Assembly (NCBI GenBank): GCA_045594425.1
Contig: JAZNYK010000006.1
Span: 138,619 to 202,618 of the forward strand
Origin: Clostridia bacterium
GTDB taxonomy: Bacteria; Bacillota; Clostridia; Christensenellales; UBA1242
Length of the DNA stretch: 64,000 nucleotides
Direction: 5' to 3'
Shown here in pieces: positions 45,738-55,900 of this stretch. A model generated the notes under the pieces. The model ran no database searches, was not told the DNA's origin, and saw only the letters and a list, made by a program, of their open reading frames with translations. Made by a program: the position numbers and the translations under genes. Position 1 is the stretch's first letter. The number at the start of each line of letters is the position of its first letter.

Positions 45738-46789
45738 AACAAAACAAATCAACAAATATAATTGCTTCGGTTTATGGTTTTATTTTGTTTTTCTTCACAA
45801 TATTAATCACATCAACATCTTCAATTATTATTTACTATTTAGCATTTACACGAAGTAACCATAATTTAACAATTGTAATTACCTCTGTTTTAGGCATTAT
45901 CTTGGTCGGTGCTCTTTTATGCACTTTAGTTGATGTTGTTAGAAGAAAATATATGGTTGAAAAACCTGTCAACCAAATCTTGTCAGCAACAAAAAAAATT
46001 GCTTCTGGTGATTTTAGCGTAAAACTTCATCATACTCACGAATATGATAAGTTTAATGAATTTGATGTTATTTTTGACAACATTAACATCATGTGCAGTG
46101 AACTTGCCAAAAACGAACTTTTAAAAAATGACTTTATTTCAAATGTTTCGCACGAAATAAAAACCCCTGTTGCAGTTATACAAAATTATGCAAAGGCTTT
46201 GCAAAGTTCTAAACTATCCGAAGAAAAACGTTTAGAATATTTGAATGGTCTTATAGTTCAAACAAAAAAACTTTCTGACCTTGTTTCAAACATATTAAAA
46301 CTAAACAAACTTGAAAATCAAAAAATTGTCCCAGAAATTGAAAACTTTGACCTTTCTGAACTTGTTAGAGTTTGCGCTATTAATTTTGAAAACCTTATAG
46401 AAAAAAAAGAATTAAAACTTAAATGTGACATTGATGAAATTAAAATAACAAGTTCTTCAACCTTACTTGAAATTGTTTTCAATAATCTAATTTCAAACGC
46501 AATAAAGTTTACAGATAATGGCGGAAAGATTACTATTTCAGTCAAACAAGATGACCGATACGCCATTGTTCAGGTTTCAGACACTGGATGTGGAATATCC
46601 AATGAAACTGGCAAACATATTTTTGAAAAATTTTATCAAGGTGACACTTCAAGGGCTTCCGAAGGCAACGGTTTAGGACTTGCGCTTGTTAAGCAAGTTA
46701 TAGACCTTCTTGGTGGTGAAATTTCCGTCACCAGCAAAGTTGGAAAAGGCAGCACATTTATTGTTAGATTAAAAAAGGACACATTATGA
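45734..46789 (+). CDS. Sensor histidine kinase
   Basis: 351 aa with 2 TM segments, an H-box (SHEIKTP), an N-box (NLISNAIKF) and a G-box (GNGLGLALV). It overlaps the RR stop by 4 nt. Confidence 0.85.
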   Translation: MKQNKSTNIIASVYGFILFFFTILITSTSSIIIYYLAFTRSNHNLTIVITSVLGIILVGALLCTLVDVVRRKYMVEKPVNQILSATKKIASGDFSVKLHHTHEYDKFNEFDVIFDNINIMCSELAKNELLKNDFISNVSHEIKTPVAVIQNYAKALQSSKLSEEKRLEYLNGLIVQTKKLSDLVSNILKLNKLENQKIVPEIENFDLSELVRVCAINFENLIEKKELKLKCDIDEIKITSSSTLLEIVFNNLISNAIKFTDNGGKITISVKQDDRYAIVQVSDTGCGISNETGKHIFEKFYQGDTSRASEGNGLGLALVKQVIDLLGGEISVTSKVGKGSTFIVRLKKDTL

Positions 46790-47679
46790 ATTTTATAAAA
46801 AATATTTGGAACAAAATAAACAAACCACATGGTGTTTGGCTGGTTTTATTTTATATAATGTTTCCGCTTCTTATTGCTGGAACATTAACACTTGTGATTT
46901 TAGGATATTCACAAAATGTATTTAGTTACATTTTGTATGCACTATCTGCAATATCACTCACCTATTTTGTCTACACCATTGTTTATTTTGCGCCATCAAT
47001 GAAATCTAATTTTATTAACTTTTTGCAAAAACACAAATTTACAAACACGCTTCTTGAAAACTATGGATATCGAACAATTGTGTTTTCGGTGTTTTCATTT
47101 ATATTGAATGTTGCATACATTTCATTTGTGGCTGTATTTGCATTTATGAGCCGTTCTGCGTGGTATTTTTCAATCACAATTTATTATATTATTTTGGCAT
47201 TAATGAAAGGCAACGTGTTTTATTCAAAACGAAAATATAACACAGAACTAAAAGAAGCACGTGCTTACCGTTTTGCAGGAATAATGTTCATTGCTATGAC
47301 AATTGCCTTTTCAGGTGTTATTGTTTTAATTTACAAATCAAACAGATATTTTGAATATGCTGGTCTGCTTATATATGCTGCTGCAGCATTCACATTCTAC
47401 AAACTAACACTTTCAATTATAAATATTTTCAAAGCAAGAAAACATGATGACCTTTACATTCAAACAATCAGAAACATCAACCTTGCAAGTGCGTTGATTT
47501 CTATTATAATTTTGCAAGTTGCCATGTTTCAAGAATTTTCACCAGAAAGCAACGTTGGTTTTGCAAACGCATTAACTGGTGGAGCCATAAGTGCTTTGAT
47601 TATGGTTCTTGGCATCTTTATGATTATTAAAGCAAACAAAAAGATTAAGGAGTTAAACACATCAAATGAAAACCAATAA
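46786..47679 (+). CDS. Integral membrane protein, translationally coupled to the kinase
   Basis: 297 aa and polytopic. There is a 4-nt overlap with the kinase stop. Confidence 0.6.
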   Translation: MNFIKNIWNKINKPHGVWLVLFYIMFPLLIAGTLTLVILGYSQNVFSYILYALSAISLTYFVYTIVYFAPSMKSNFINFLQKHKFTNTLLENYGYRTIVFSVFSFILNVAYISFVAVFAFMSRSAWYFSITIYYIILALMKGNVFYSKRKYNTELKEARAYRFAGIMFIAMTIAFSGVIVLIYKSNRYFEYAGLLIYAAAAFTFYKLTLSIINIFKARKHDDLYIQTIRNINLASALISIIILQVAMFQEFSPESNVGFANALTGGAISALIMVLGIFMIIKANKKIKELNTSNENQ

Positions 47680-48067
47680 TGATTTTGAATTCAACTATTC
47701 TGCACCATCAAATGAAGAACGTAAAGAAATTGAAAGCATAAGAAACTCTTATCTTCCACAAAGTTCTTCAGCAGACTCAAAACTTCAAGAACTTCGAAAA
47801 TTAGACAGCAAGGTAAAGAACATACCAACGACAATCGCTCTCGTTGTTGGCATTGTTGGAACTTTGATTTTTGGGCTTGGAATGACAATGGTTTTAGAGT
47901 GGTCAATCACCACTTGGGGCATTATTGTTAGTGGCATTGGAGCAGTTCCTATTATTTTAGCAAACCCATTATTCAAAATTTTCAAGGGGAAATTAAAAAA
48001 GAAATATTCCGCACAAATCTTAAAATTAAGTGAGGAGTTATTAGAAAATGAGAACAAAAAAGTATAA
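47666..48067 (+). CDS. Small membrane protein (paralogue of 50315-50683)
   Basis: 133 aa. It has an N-terminal charged helix, a TM hairpin and a C-terminal charged helix. An AAGGAG SD lies upstream. Confidence 0.6.
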   Translation: MKTNNDFEFNYSAPSNEERKEIESIRNSYLPQSSSADSKLQELRKLDSKVKNIPTTIALVVGIVGTLIFGLGMTMVLEWSITTWGIIVSGIGAVPIILANPLFKIFKGKLKKKYSAQILKLSEELLENENKKV

Positions 48068-48593
48068 CGACTATGACAATTTAACTCTTTATGTAAAAAA
48101 GGTGAAGGCACAACAAATTATTGAAAACTACAAAACATTTGGTTGGCAACTTGTATCAGAAGCCGACAACAAACAATATGAAGATATTGTTGACCTAACC
48201 TTTGAAAGACCACACAAAACTGAAAACAAAGATGAACTTCAACTAATGCAAGTTTATATGGAAGACAAATTAAACGCAATTGGCAAACTTGAAAAAAACA
48301 AACACCCAAAAACAACATCATTTGGATTAATATTTGGTGTTATGGGGCTTGCGTTAATTGTTTTTGCAATATTGTTTAATTTTGGTGTTCTTGCATCTTT
48401 AAACACGGTTTATTGCATTGTTATGGGTTCAGTTGGTCTTTTGTTTTTAATATTAACATTTATTGTGATTCCAAAACTGTATAAAAAAGAACTTAATCAC
48501 TTTAAAACCACTCATGCAGTTTATGAAATGGAACTAAAAGAAATTTGCAAAAAAGCAACCACTCTTTCAGGAGGTGAAAATAATGGCAACTAA
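48048..48593 (+). CDS. Small membrane protein (same architecture, distantly related)
   Basis: 181 aa with a GAGGAG SD and a TM hairpin flanked by charged helices. Confidence 0.55.
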   Translation: MRTKKYNDYDNLTLYVKKVKAQQIIENYKTFGWQLVSEADNKQYEDIVDLTFERPHKTENKDELQLMQVYMEDKLNAIGKLEKNKHPKTTSFGLIFGVMGLALIVFAILFNFGVLASLNTVYCIVMGSVGLLFLILTFIVIPKLYKKELNHFKTTHAVYEMELKEICKKATTLSGGENNGN

Positions 48594-50166
48594 AACATAT
48601 TCATCCCCTGCACCAAAAATAAAAAGCAATGAAAGCATTTATGCCGTTAAAGTTAAAACTGAATCAAATTATCTTGGTGTTTTAAAAACATTAATCGTGA
48701 TTGGCTTAATTGTTCTTCAAGCAGCAATATTAATTGTTTCTTACATATATTTAATGAACTTGTTTAGAACCTACATGACATTTAGCCTTGTGTTTATTGC
48801 AATATCATGTATTCATGTTTTATCAAGTGACTATCACGGCCAAGCCAAAGCAACTTGGGTTATGTTTTTGCTTATATCAATGGGCTTTGGATGTCTTATT
48901 TATTTCTTTTCAGACAAAAGAGTGTTCTTTGGCAAATCGAGCAAAAAATACAACAAAATAATCAACCAAACCGACAAACTTCAAAAACAAACAGACCTAT
49001 CTTTGGTTGAAAACGAAAATGTCAGGTCAAACTGCAAATATTTGCAAAATGCCGGAAATTTTAAAACTCATCTCAATTCAAGAACAACATATTACCCTAG
49101 CGGAACACAATTGTTTGATGAAATTTTAGAAGAGTTTGAAAAAGCAAAGAGTTTTATTTTTGTTGAATATTTCATTGTTTCTGACGGCGTTCTTCTTAAC
49201 AAATTTTTAAGAGTTTTAAAAGAAAAAGTTGCTCAAGGCGTTGAAGTTAGAATGATTTATGACGATATGGGCAGTCACGGAACTCTTTCAAGAAAAACAA
49301 AAAAAGAAATAATTAAATCTGGCATAAAGTTACACGCATTTAACAGACTTATTCCTATTTTTAATATTGGTTTAAATTTGCGTAACCACAGAAAAATTGT
49401 TGTTATTGACGGAAAAGTTTCATTTACTGGAGGTGCTAATCTAGCAGATGAATATACCAACGAAAAACGTATGCACGGATATTGGAAAGATTCCGGTATC
49501 AAAATTGAAGGTCCTGCAACCGACAATTTTACTATTGCATTTTTAAATGAATGGCAATTTTTAACAAATGATAAGATAAACTATAAAGAATATCTTGGCA
49601 AAGCCAGAAGTTTGTCAGTTTCAGAAACATCCGTTCCATTTGTGAGCGGTCCAAACTATCCATATTCTATTGCTCAAAATATGTATGCAAATCAAATTTC
49701 GCACGCAAAAGAAAAACTTTATATCATGACTCCATATTTCATTCCAGATGAAACAATAACAAATCTTATCATAAACAAAGCAAGAGCGGGCGTTGATGTA
49801 AGAATTATTTTGCCTGACATTGCTGACAAAAAATTTGTTTATATTGTTTCAAGAAACAACGCTGAAAAACTTTTAAAGCATGGTGTTAAAATCTACACCA
49901 TGAAACACAGTTTTGTTCACAGCAAAGTTGTTTTAAATGAAAATAGTGCAATTGTTGGTTCAATCAACATAGACCTTCGAAGTTTCAATCAACAATTTGA
50001 AAGTGCGGTTTTAACAGACAGCAAATCAACCATGAATGCTATTGAAAAAGACTTTGAATATACATTTGCAAGATGCGAACAAATCTCTGTAAAAAACCAA
50101 AAACGCAATCGCTTGTCATATAGAATGCTTGCTGGTTTATTTAATCTTATTTCACCATTTATGTAA
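48583..50166 (+). CDS. cls: Cardiolipin synthase (PLD family)
   Basis: The start is at MATKTY, after GGAGGTG. There are two N-terminal TM segments and two HKD motifs (HRKIVVIDG...GGANL; HSKVVLNE...GSINI). Confidence 0.85.
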   Translation: MATKTYSSPAPKIKSNESIYAVKVKTESNYLGVLKTLIVIGLIVLQAAILIVSYIYLMNLFRTYMTFSLVFIAISCIHVLSSDYHGQAKATWVMFLLISMGFGCLIYFFSDKRVFFGKSSKKYNKIINQTDKLQKQTDLSLVENENVRSNCKYLQNAGNFKTHLNSRTTYYPSGTQLFDEILEEFEKAKSFIFVEYFIVSDGVLLNKFLRVLKEKVAQGVEVRMIYDDMGSHGTLSRKTKKEIIKSGIKLHAFNRLIPIFNIGLNLRNHRKIVVIDGKVSFTGGANLADEYTNEKRMHGYWKDSGIKIEGPATDNFTIAFLNEWQFLTNDKINYKEYLGKARSLSVSETSVPFVSGPNYPYSIAQNMYANQISHAKEKLYIMTPYFIPDETITNLIINKARAGVDVRIILPDIADKKFVYIVSRNNAEKLLKHGVKIYTMKHSFVHSKVVLNENSAIVGSINIDLRSFNQQFESAVLTDSKSTMNAIEKDFEYTFARCEQISVKNQKRNRLSYRMLAGLFNLISPFM

Positions 50167-50314
50167 AAACACCACACCATTTGTGGTGTTTTTATTATGC
50201 TTTTATTTTTACAATTCTTTAACAAATTAATTACAAAAAAAATATAAAATTTTGATAATTTGGAAATACTAGTTTCGTATAATAATGTCATAAAGTTAAG
50301 GAGAACACATAACA

Positions 50315-50683
50315 ATGACAGAAAAAAATCAAAAAGAACTCGTTGAAAAAATTAGAAGCAACTATATTCAAGAAACAAAACAAAAATCAAAATTAGACGA
50401 ACTTAAAGACCTCGACAAAAAAGTTAGAAGACCAGCAACCATAGTTTCTTATGTATACGGCATTTTGGGAAGTCTTGTTCTGGGCATAGGTTTGTGTCTT
50501 GCAATGAGAGTTATTGGAAATTTGATGGCTCTTGGAATTGTTATTGGACTTGCTGGCATAGGGATTGTTTCAACAACTCACCTGGTTTATGAAGGCATTT
50601 TAAATAAAAGACGTTCACTATATGCCGATAAAATTGTTGCAAAAAGCAACGAACTTTTAAACGAAACTGAAAGCGAAGGCTAA
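50315..50683 (+). CDS. Small membrane protein (paralogue of 47666-48067)
   Basis: 122 aa. KSKLDELKDLDKKV...GILGSLVLGIGL aligns with DSKLQELRKLDSKV...GIVGTLIFGLGM. Confidence 0.6.
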   Translation: MTEKNQKELVEKIRSNYIQETKQKSKLDELKDLDKKVRRPATIVSYVYGILGSLVLGIGLCLAMRVIGNLMALGIVIGLAGIGIVSTTHLVYEGILNKRRSLYADKIVAKSNELLNETESEG

Positions 50684-50716
50684 AAATAAAAAATAAAATT
50701 TAAGGAGATTAAAATC

Positions 50717-51040
50717 ATGACAGAAAAAAAAGAAAACTTTTTCAAAAAGGCATTCAGAGAAATGAAGGAAGATGCAAAAGCGCAACATGAAGTTGACAAA
50801 GCAAATTTTGAAGCCGCTAAAGCAGAAGCAAGAGCAACTTTTGAAGAAAACAGAGGTTCAAACACTTGGAAAAAAGCAAAAGCAATAGGTAAACAATCTT
50901 GGGATGACGCTCACATGACTCCATCTGAAAGACGTGAAAAAACAAGAGCAGAACAAGCAGAACAAATTGCCGCAGCAAAAGCAAGAACTGAAGAAGCCAA
51001 AGCAAGATATGCTGCTGCAAAAGTAACAAAAAAGAAATAA
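50717..51040 (+). CDS. Hypothetical Ala/Lys/Glu-rich helical protein
   Basis: 107 aa with an AAGGAG SD. The composition is low-complexity and charged. Confidence 0.5.
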   Translation: MTEKKENFFKKAFREMKEDAKAQHEVDKANFEAAKAEARATFEENRGSNTWKKAKAIGKQSWDDAHMTPSERREKTRAEQAEQIAAAKARTEEAKARYAAAKVTKKK

Positions 51041-51091
51041 ATTATTAATCAATTTTCAAACAAAAACACTACCAAATGGTAGTGTTTTTAT

Positions 51092-52756
51092 TTATTTTTC
51101 TGTATTTTTCAATAAATTTTGTTTATCTTTGCGTTTTTTCACAAATGCATAAGTTCCAAACCCAGCAATTATTCCAACGCTTAAAAGTGAAATAACAAAT
51201 GTCACATTTTGAATAGTGGTGCCTTTATAATAAACACAAACCTCACCTTCAATTCCCTGCGTGTTTATACAAATAAGTCCATTATTTGCCTTTTTTATGT
51301 CCGCATTAATTTTTTCGCCATTTTCTGCTGTTATGGTTGCAAAATAACCTTTGTAATAAATCAACGGGATATAATAAACATTTTCACCTTCCTTGGTGCT
51401 GAATGTTATTTGAGTATCAAACTCTTTTCTTTCATAATCGCAAATTATCCCATTTTCCGTGTAAACATTTTGTTTTTCTAATTTTCTATAATCAACATCA
51501 ACAGGCGTCCACTCAAGCCTTCTTGTGCTGATTGAATGGTTAATGTCTGGCTTTACATAAAAATTGAATAGACACATATTGTTATAATAGAACACAAACA
51601 CAGCCAAACAACAAAGAATTACTTTAACCAATTTAATGCGTGTTTTTGAAATGTGTTTTATTTCAATTGCAAACGCAAGTGCAAGCATAATTGAAATTAT
51701 AAAGTTTAATCTGAACGGAAATTGCAAAAATGAACAAATCTTATCTAAATATTTCCATGGAAAGAATGGTGAAACAAACAAAATCATTACCACAGAAAAT
51801 GTTAAAAATTTATCAAGCATTTTTACTTCATTGGTGTTTTCTGTTGTTTTCTTCACAAAAAATCTTAACGCAAAAACAACTATAATAATTATCCCAACAC
51901 CATAAGGGCTTGTGAATCCCAACATTTCAAAGGCATCTTGCGTAGCGTTTGAAGGAATCGCCCAAGGTATGCTTATTTCATATACATCTGAAAAATACAT
52001 TTCAACAAAACTGCAAAGTGAGTATAACCCCACCAAAACAAATGCACCAACAGCCAAAAGTGACTTGCACCAAAACTTTTTGTCTTTAAAAAGTTTTTTG
52101 CTATTGCACAAAACAATCAAAACAAGTGTTATTGTTGCAACTATCAAGGTTGTCATGTGAGATAAAAGCATCCCTAAAAAAGCAACTGAATAAAGCCATG
52201 GCTTTGAATAATCTTCATGAAGCATATTAAACACACCAATAAGCATTATGATAAAAAATATAATTGCAACACACTCACCAAGTGCAGAACGCCTGAAAAC
52301 ATCCACAAACATATATTGTGAAAGCACAAACACTGTTGCGGAAACAACTGCTAGAGATTTATTTTTCAAATATTTGTTTGCTAAAAAATACATCGAAATA
52401 AAAAGTGAAAAGTAAACAACATAACAATAAATCCAAAAAGAACTTTTTAAAGAAAACCCTATAATTCTGAGTATTGCAGGAAAAATAAGAAAAAAGTCTC
52501 CATAAAAAATTGAACTAAAATAGCCACCACCATAATACCAGTCGCTATAATATTTTATTGGAAACTGTCCTGCACGCATGGCGTTTGCAACACCCTCAAT
52601 TCTTGCGGAATGAAAATATAAATCATCCGCTTCAACATTTCCGCCTGTCACAACGAGCGTTAACGTTGCAAGAAATAAAAGTAAAACGCAACAAAAAAGC
52701 ATCGTTAAAAACGATTTATTTTCTTTTATCCTTCTTATAAAATTCTCTTTTATCAT
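51092..52756 (-). CDS. Large polytopic membrane protein, possibly a GT-C-type glycosyltransferase
   Basis: 554 aa with more than 10 TM segments and a C-terminal extracytoplasmic domain plus an anchor. The function is guessed from architecture only. Confidence 0.3.
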   Translation of the reverse strand: MIKENFIRRIKENKSFLTMLFCCVLLLFLATLTLVVTGGNVEADDLYFHSARIEGVANAMRAGQFPIKYYSDWYYGGGYFSSIFYGDFFLIFPAILRIIGFSLKSSFWIYCYVVYFSLFISMYFLANKYLKNKSLAVVSATVFVLSQYMFVDVFRRSALGECVAIIFFIIMLIGVFNMLHEDYSKPWLYSVAFLGMLLSHMTTLIVATITLVLIVLCNSKKLFKDKKFWCKSLLAVGAFVLVGLYSLCSFVEMYFSDVYEISIPWAIPSNATQDAFEMLGFTSPYGVGIIIIVVFALRFFVKKTTENTNEVKMLDKFLTFSVVMILFVSPFFPWKYLDKICSFLQFPFRLNFIISIMLALAFAIEIKHISKTRIKLVKVILCCLAVFVFYYNNMCLFNFYVKPDINHSISTRRLEWTPVDVDYRKLEKQNVYTENGIICDYERKEFDTQITFSTKEGENVYYIPLIYYKGYFATITAENGEKINADIKKANNGLICINTQGIEGEVCVYYKGTTIQNVTFVISLLSVGIIAGFGTYAFVKKRKDKQNLLKNTEK

Positions 52757-52762
52757 AGTTTA

Positions 52763-53269
52763 TTAAGCCTTTACTTGTTTTTCTAGATACCTATAATATC
52801 TTTTAAAAAATGCACCTTGATTAGAATCAAAAGTTCCATCTTCAATTTGTTTTTTTATAACATTTTTGTCAAACCAAGCCACATCTGCAACTTCGTCTTC
52901 TTGCAAAACACATTTAGAAATATCAACATCTTTTTTCAAATAATAAAACCTAAAACAATCATGTCCATCACAACCACTATCAAAAAGCAATAGTTCATCA
53001 CCAGAAATGTCAATCCCAATTTCTTCCATAACTTCAGTTGCCATGCCTTGTTCTGGAGTTTCCCCTGCTTTTGGATGTCCTCCAGTTATTGCCCAATATC
53101 CACCCTTATTTTTAGAACGTCTTTGAAGCAAAAACTCACCCTTGCTGTTTTCAATCAAAATTCCAACAACCATCGGATGACATCCCTCTGGAACAGGGTC
53201 ACCTTTATAATATGTTCTTCCAGTCAACTGACTATTAATATCATATAAATCTCTTAATTCTCTTTCCAT
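52763..53269 (-). CDS. NUDIX hydrolase
   Basis: 168 aa with a Nudix box (GGHPKAGETPEQGMATEVMEEIGI). Confidence 0.85.
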   Translation of the reverse strand: MERELRDLYDINSQLTGRTYYKGDPVPEGCHPMVVGILIENSKGEFLLQRRSKNKGGYWAITGGHPKAGETPEQGMATEVMEEIGIDISGDELLLFDSGCDGHDCFRFYYLKKDVDISKCVLQEDEVADVAWFDKNVIKKQIEDGTFDSNQGAFFKRYYRYLEKQVKA

Positions 53270-53342
53270 ATTTCAATTATAAATTCAAAGCGTAAAAAAA
53301 CGCAATTGTTTTAACTATTTTAAATATATAGCATATAATTAA

Positions 53343-53396
53343 TTGACAGTTGAATAGTTATTCAATTATAATGCTTTTAGTTGAATAATTATTCAA
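53343..53396 (+). promoter_or_regulatory. cadC-cadA promoter with two 16-bp palindromic ArsR/SmtB-type operators
   Basis: The promoter is TTGACA (53343-48), 18-nt spacer, TATAAT (53367-72). TTGAATAGTTATTCAA (53350-65) fills the spacer. TTGAATAATTATTCAA (53381-96) lies between the -10 and the SD. Confidence 0.65.
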
Positions 53397-53409
53397 TTAA
53401 GGAGAATCT

Positions 53410-53787
53410 ATGGGAAAATCAGAACTTGTTTGCGACTGCGAAACAATACATCATGATATTGTTGAAGATGTAAAAAATCACATTTTGCCAGATGACACAC
53501 TGCTTTTAATCACAAATTTTTACAAAGCATTTTCAGATAACACAAGAATAAAAATAATCAATGCACTTGACCATCATGAAATGTGTGTTTGTGATATTGC
53601 TGTGCTTTTAAACATGACAAAATCTGCGGTTTCACATCAACTTAAATATTTAAGAAAACTCAATATAATAAAACCACGAAAAGTTGGAAAAATTGTTTTT
53701 TATAGTTTGGCAGATGACCATGTAAAAACATTATTTGAAATCTGTCATGAACACATCAAGGAGGAACAGAATGAACAAAACAGTTAA
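53410..53787 (+). CDS. cadC: ArsR/SmtB-family metalloregulator (CadC-like)
   Basis: 125 aa with N-terminal Cys (CDC), an EMCVCDIA metal-site motif and a wHTH. Confidence 0.8.
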   Translation: MGKSELVCDCETIHHDIVEDVKNHILPDDTLLLITNFYKAFSDNTRIKIINALDHHEMCVCDIAVLLNMTKSAVSHQLKYLRKLNIIKPRKVGKIVFYSLADDHVKTLFEICHEHIKEEQNEQNS

Positions 53788-55870
53788 AATCGAAGGTTTG
53801 CATTGTCCAAACTGTGCCAGAAATTTACAAAACGAACTAAACAAAATTAATGGTGTTGAAAATGTTAAGATTGATGTTGTTAAAGCAACACTTTATTTTG
53901 AAAGCAAAAACATAGACACCGCGCTTTCACAAATTGTTTCACTAACAAAAAAACTTGAACCAAATGTTCAAATTATTTATGAAAATTCCGCAAAAAAATC
54001 TAACGCAAAACTATGGACTGACATTTCTATTCTTGCTATAGGAATCGCTCTTGCTGTTATTTGCGTTGCAGTAACCTTCCTTCCACCGGTTGCATTTTGG
54101 ATTATGTTTGTTTCATCCGCACTTCTTTTAGGATATCAAACCTACTACAAAGCAATTAGGCTTTTGTTTAAAGGCGTGATTAACGAAAATCTTTTGCTAA
54201 CAATTTCGGTTGTTGGTGCCGCAATACTTGGCGAATATATGGAATCATTAATGGTTATCGCACTTTATTCTATTGGAAAAATATTTGAAGGCTTGGCGGT
54301 TTCAAAATCAAGAAAATCTATTGAAAAATTAACAAACCTTCAACCAGAATATGCCATTTTGTTAAAAGATGGAAAAGAAAAACGTGTTTCACCAAAAGAT
54401 GTTAAAGTTGGTGAAATAATTATTGTTAAACCAGGTGAAAGAGTTCCTATTGACGGCAAAATAATTTCTGGAACTGCAACTCTTGATATGCAAAGTTTAA
54501 CTGGCGAAAGTTTGCCTGTTTCAGCCCAAGAAAATCAAGATGTTATGTCAGGTTCAATTGTTTTGGATGGAGTGCTTCAAATTGAAACTACAAGTGAATA
54601 TGCTTCAAGCACTGTAAGCCGAATCATGAACCTTATTGAACACGCTTCTGAAAAAAAATCTAAAACCGAAACACTTATTTCAAAAATCACAAGATGGTAT
54701 ACTCTTGGTGTAATTATTTGTGCTGTTGCCGTTTGGGGAATTGTTTGGGCAATAACATCTAACCTTGACACCGCCATTTATCGTGGACTTATTTTCTTGG
54801 TTGTTTCTTGCCCATGTGCATTTGCAATATCAGTGCCACTTGCCTATTTTTCAGGAATCGGCAACGCGTCAAGACATGGCATTTTAATCAAAGGTTCAAA
54901 CTATTTAGACGCCTGTGCAAAACTAAATCTTGTTGCATTTGACAAAACTGGAACATTAACAACTGGAAAGTTTATAATTGAAAAAGTTGAATCTCTCAAA
55001 AAAGAATTATCTGAAGAAGATATCGTTTACACCGCAAGCCTTGGAGAACAAAACTCTTTACATCCACTTGCAAAATCAATCGTTGCACACTGCACTAAAG
55101 AACTTGTTTCGGTTAAAAACTTTAAAGAAGTTGCTGGCGAAGGCGTATATTTTACGCATAACAAAAACAAATATTTTGTTGGAAGAAAATCAAAAGACAC
55201 AAAAGCAACTGTTGTTGAAGTTTTCGAAAATAATGAAAAAATTGGAATAATTCACCTTGCAGACCAAATTAAAGACACTTCAAAACACGCAATTGGAACC
55301 TTGTCAAAAATGAACATTCAATCTGTTCTTTTGTCTGGTGACAACGCCGAAACTGTTAAAAAAGTTGTCGATGAAATTGGAATAACAACAGGACTAAGCA
55401 ACCTTCTTCCAGAAGACAAATTTAACTGGATAAAAAATCAAAAAGAAAACTCAAAAAACACAATTGGTTATGTTGGCGATGGAATAAACGACTCACCATC
55501 ACTCATGCTTGCAGACGTGGGCATCAGCATGGGCATCAACGGAAGCCCTGCTAGCATTGAAGCATCTGATGTGGTGCTTGTTGACGACAATCCTGCAAAA
55601 GTTGCAACTGCCATAAAAATTTCAAAATACACAGGCAAGATTGTTTGGCAAAACATAATTTTTTCCGCATTAATAAAATTCACATTTTTGGCTCTTGGTT
55701 CTTTTGGAATCACTGGTATGTTATCTGCAGTTTTTGCCGATGTTGGCGTAACAGTTCTTGCTATTTTAAACAGTATGCGCGCTCTTGCTTACTCGCCAAC
55801 AAAATCAAAGTGTTGCTGCTTGCAGGAACATCACAATCAACACACTCACAAACATAATCACGAGCATTAA
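53771..55870 (+). CDS. cadA: Heavy-metal (Cd/Zn/Co-type) translocating P1B-type ATPase
   Basis: The start is at MNKTVKIEG, after AAGGAGG. It has an HMA domain (GLHCPNCA), CPC (SCPCAF), DKTGTLT, GDGINDSP and a Cys/His-rich C-terminal tail. Confidence 0.85.
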   Translation: MNKTVKIEGLHCPNCARNLQNELNKINGVENVKIDVVKATLYFESKNIDTALSQIVSLTKKLEPNVQIIYENSAKKSNAKLWTDISILAIGIALAVICVAVTFLPPVAFWIMFVSSALLLGYQTYYKAIRLLFKGVINENLLLTISVVGAAILGEYMESLMVIALYSIGKIFEGLAVSKSRKSIEKLTNLQPEYAILLKDGKEKRVSPKDVKVGEIIIVKPGERVPIDGKIISGTATLDMQSLTGESLPVSAQENQDVMSGSIVLDGVLQIETTSEYASSTVSRIMNLIEHASEKKSKTETLISKITRWYTLGVIICAVAVWGIVWAITSNLDTAIYRGLIFLVVSCPCAFAISVPLAYFSGIGNASRHGILIKGSNYLDACAKLNLVAFDKTGTLTTGKFIIEKVESLKKELSEEDIVYTASLGEQNSLHPLAKSIVAHCTKELVSVKNFKEVAGEGVYFTHNKNKYFVGRKSKDTKATVVEVFENNEKIGIIHLADQIKDTSKHAIGTLSKMNIQSVLLSGDNAETVKKVVDEIGITTGLSNLLPEDKFNWIKNQKENSKNTIGYVGDGINDSPSLMLADVGISMGINGSPASIEASDVVLVDDNPAKVATAIKISKYTGKIVWQNIIFSALIKFTFLALGSFGITGMLSAVFADVGVTVLAILNSMRALAYSPTKSKCCCLQEHHNQHTHKHNHEH

Positions 55871-55900
55871 TAAAATTTATTTGCATAAAAGGAGCAAATC

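Noticed and set aside
50817-51052. Two antisense ORFs (70 and 64 aa) opposite the Ala/Lys/Glu-rich gene.
   Set aside because: They are Leu/Phe/Cys-rich mirror products of a low-complexity GCA/AAA/GAA-rich sense frame, with no SD.
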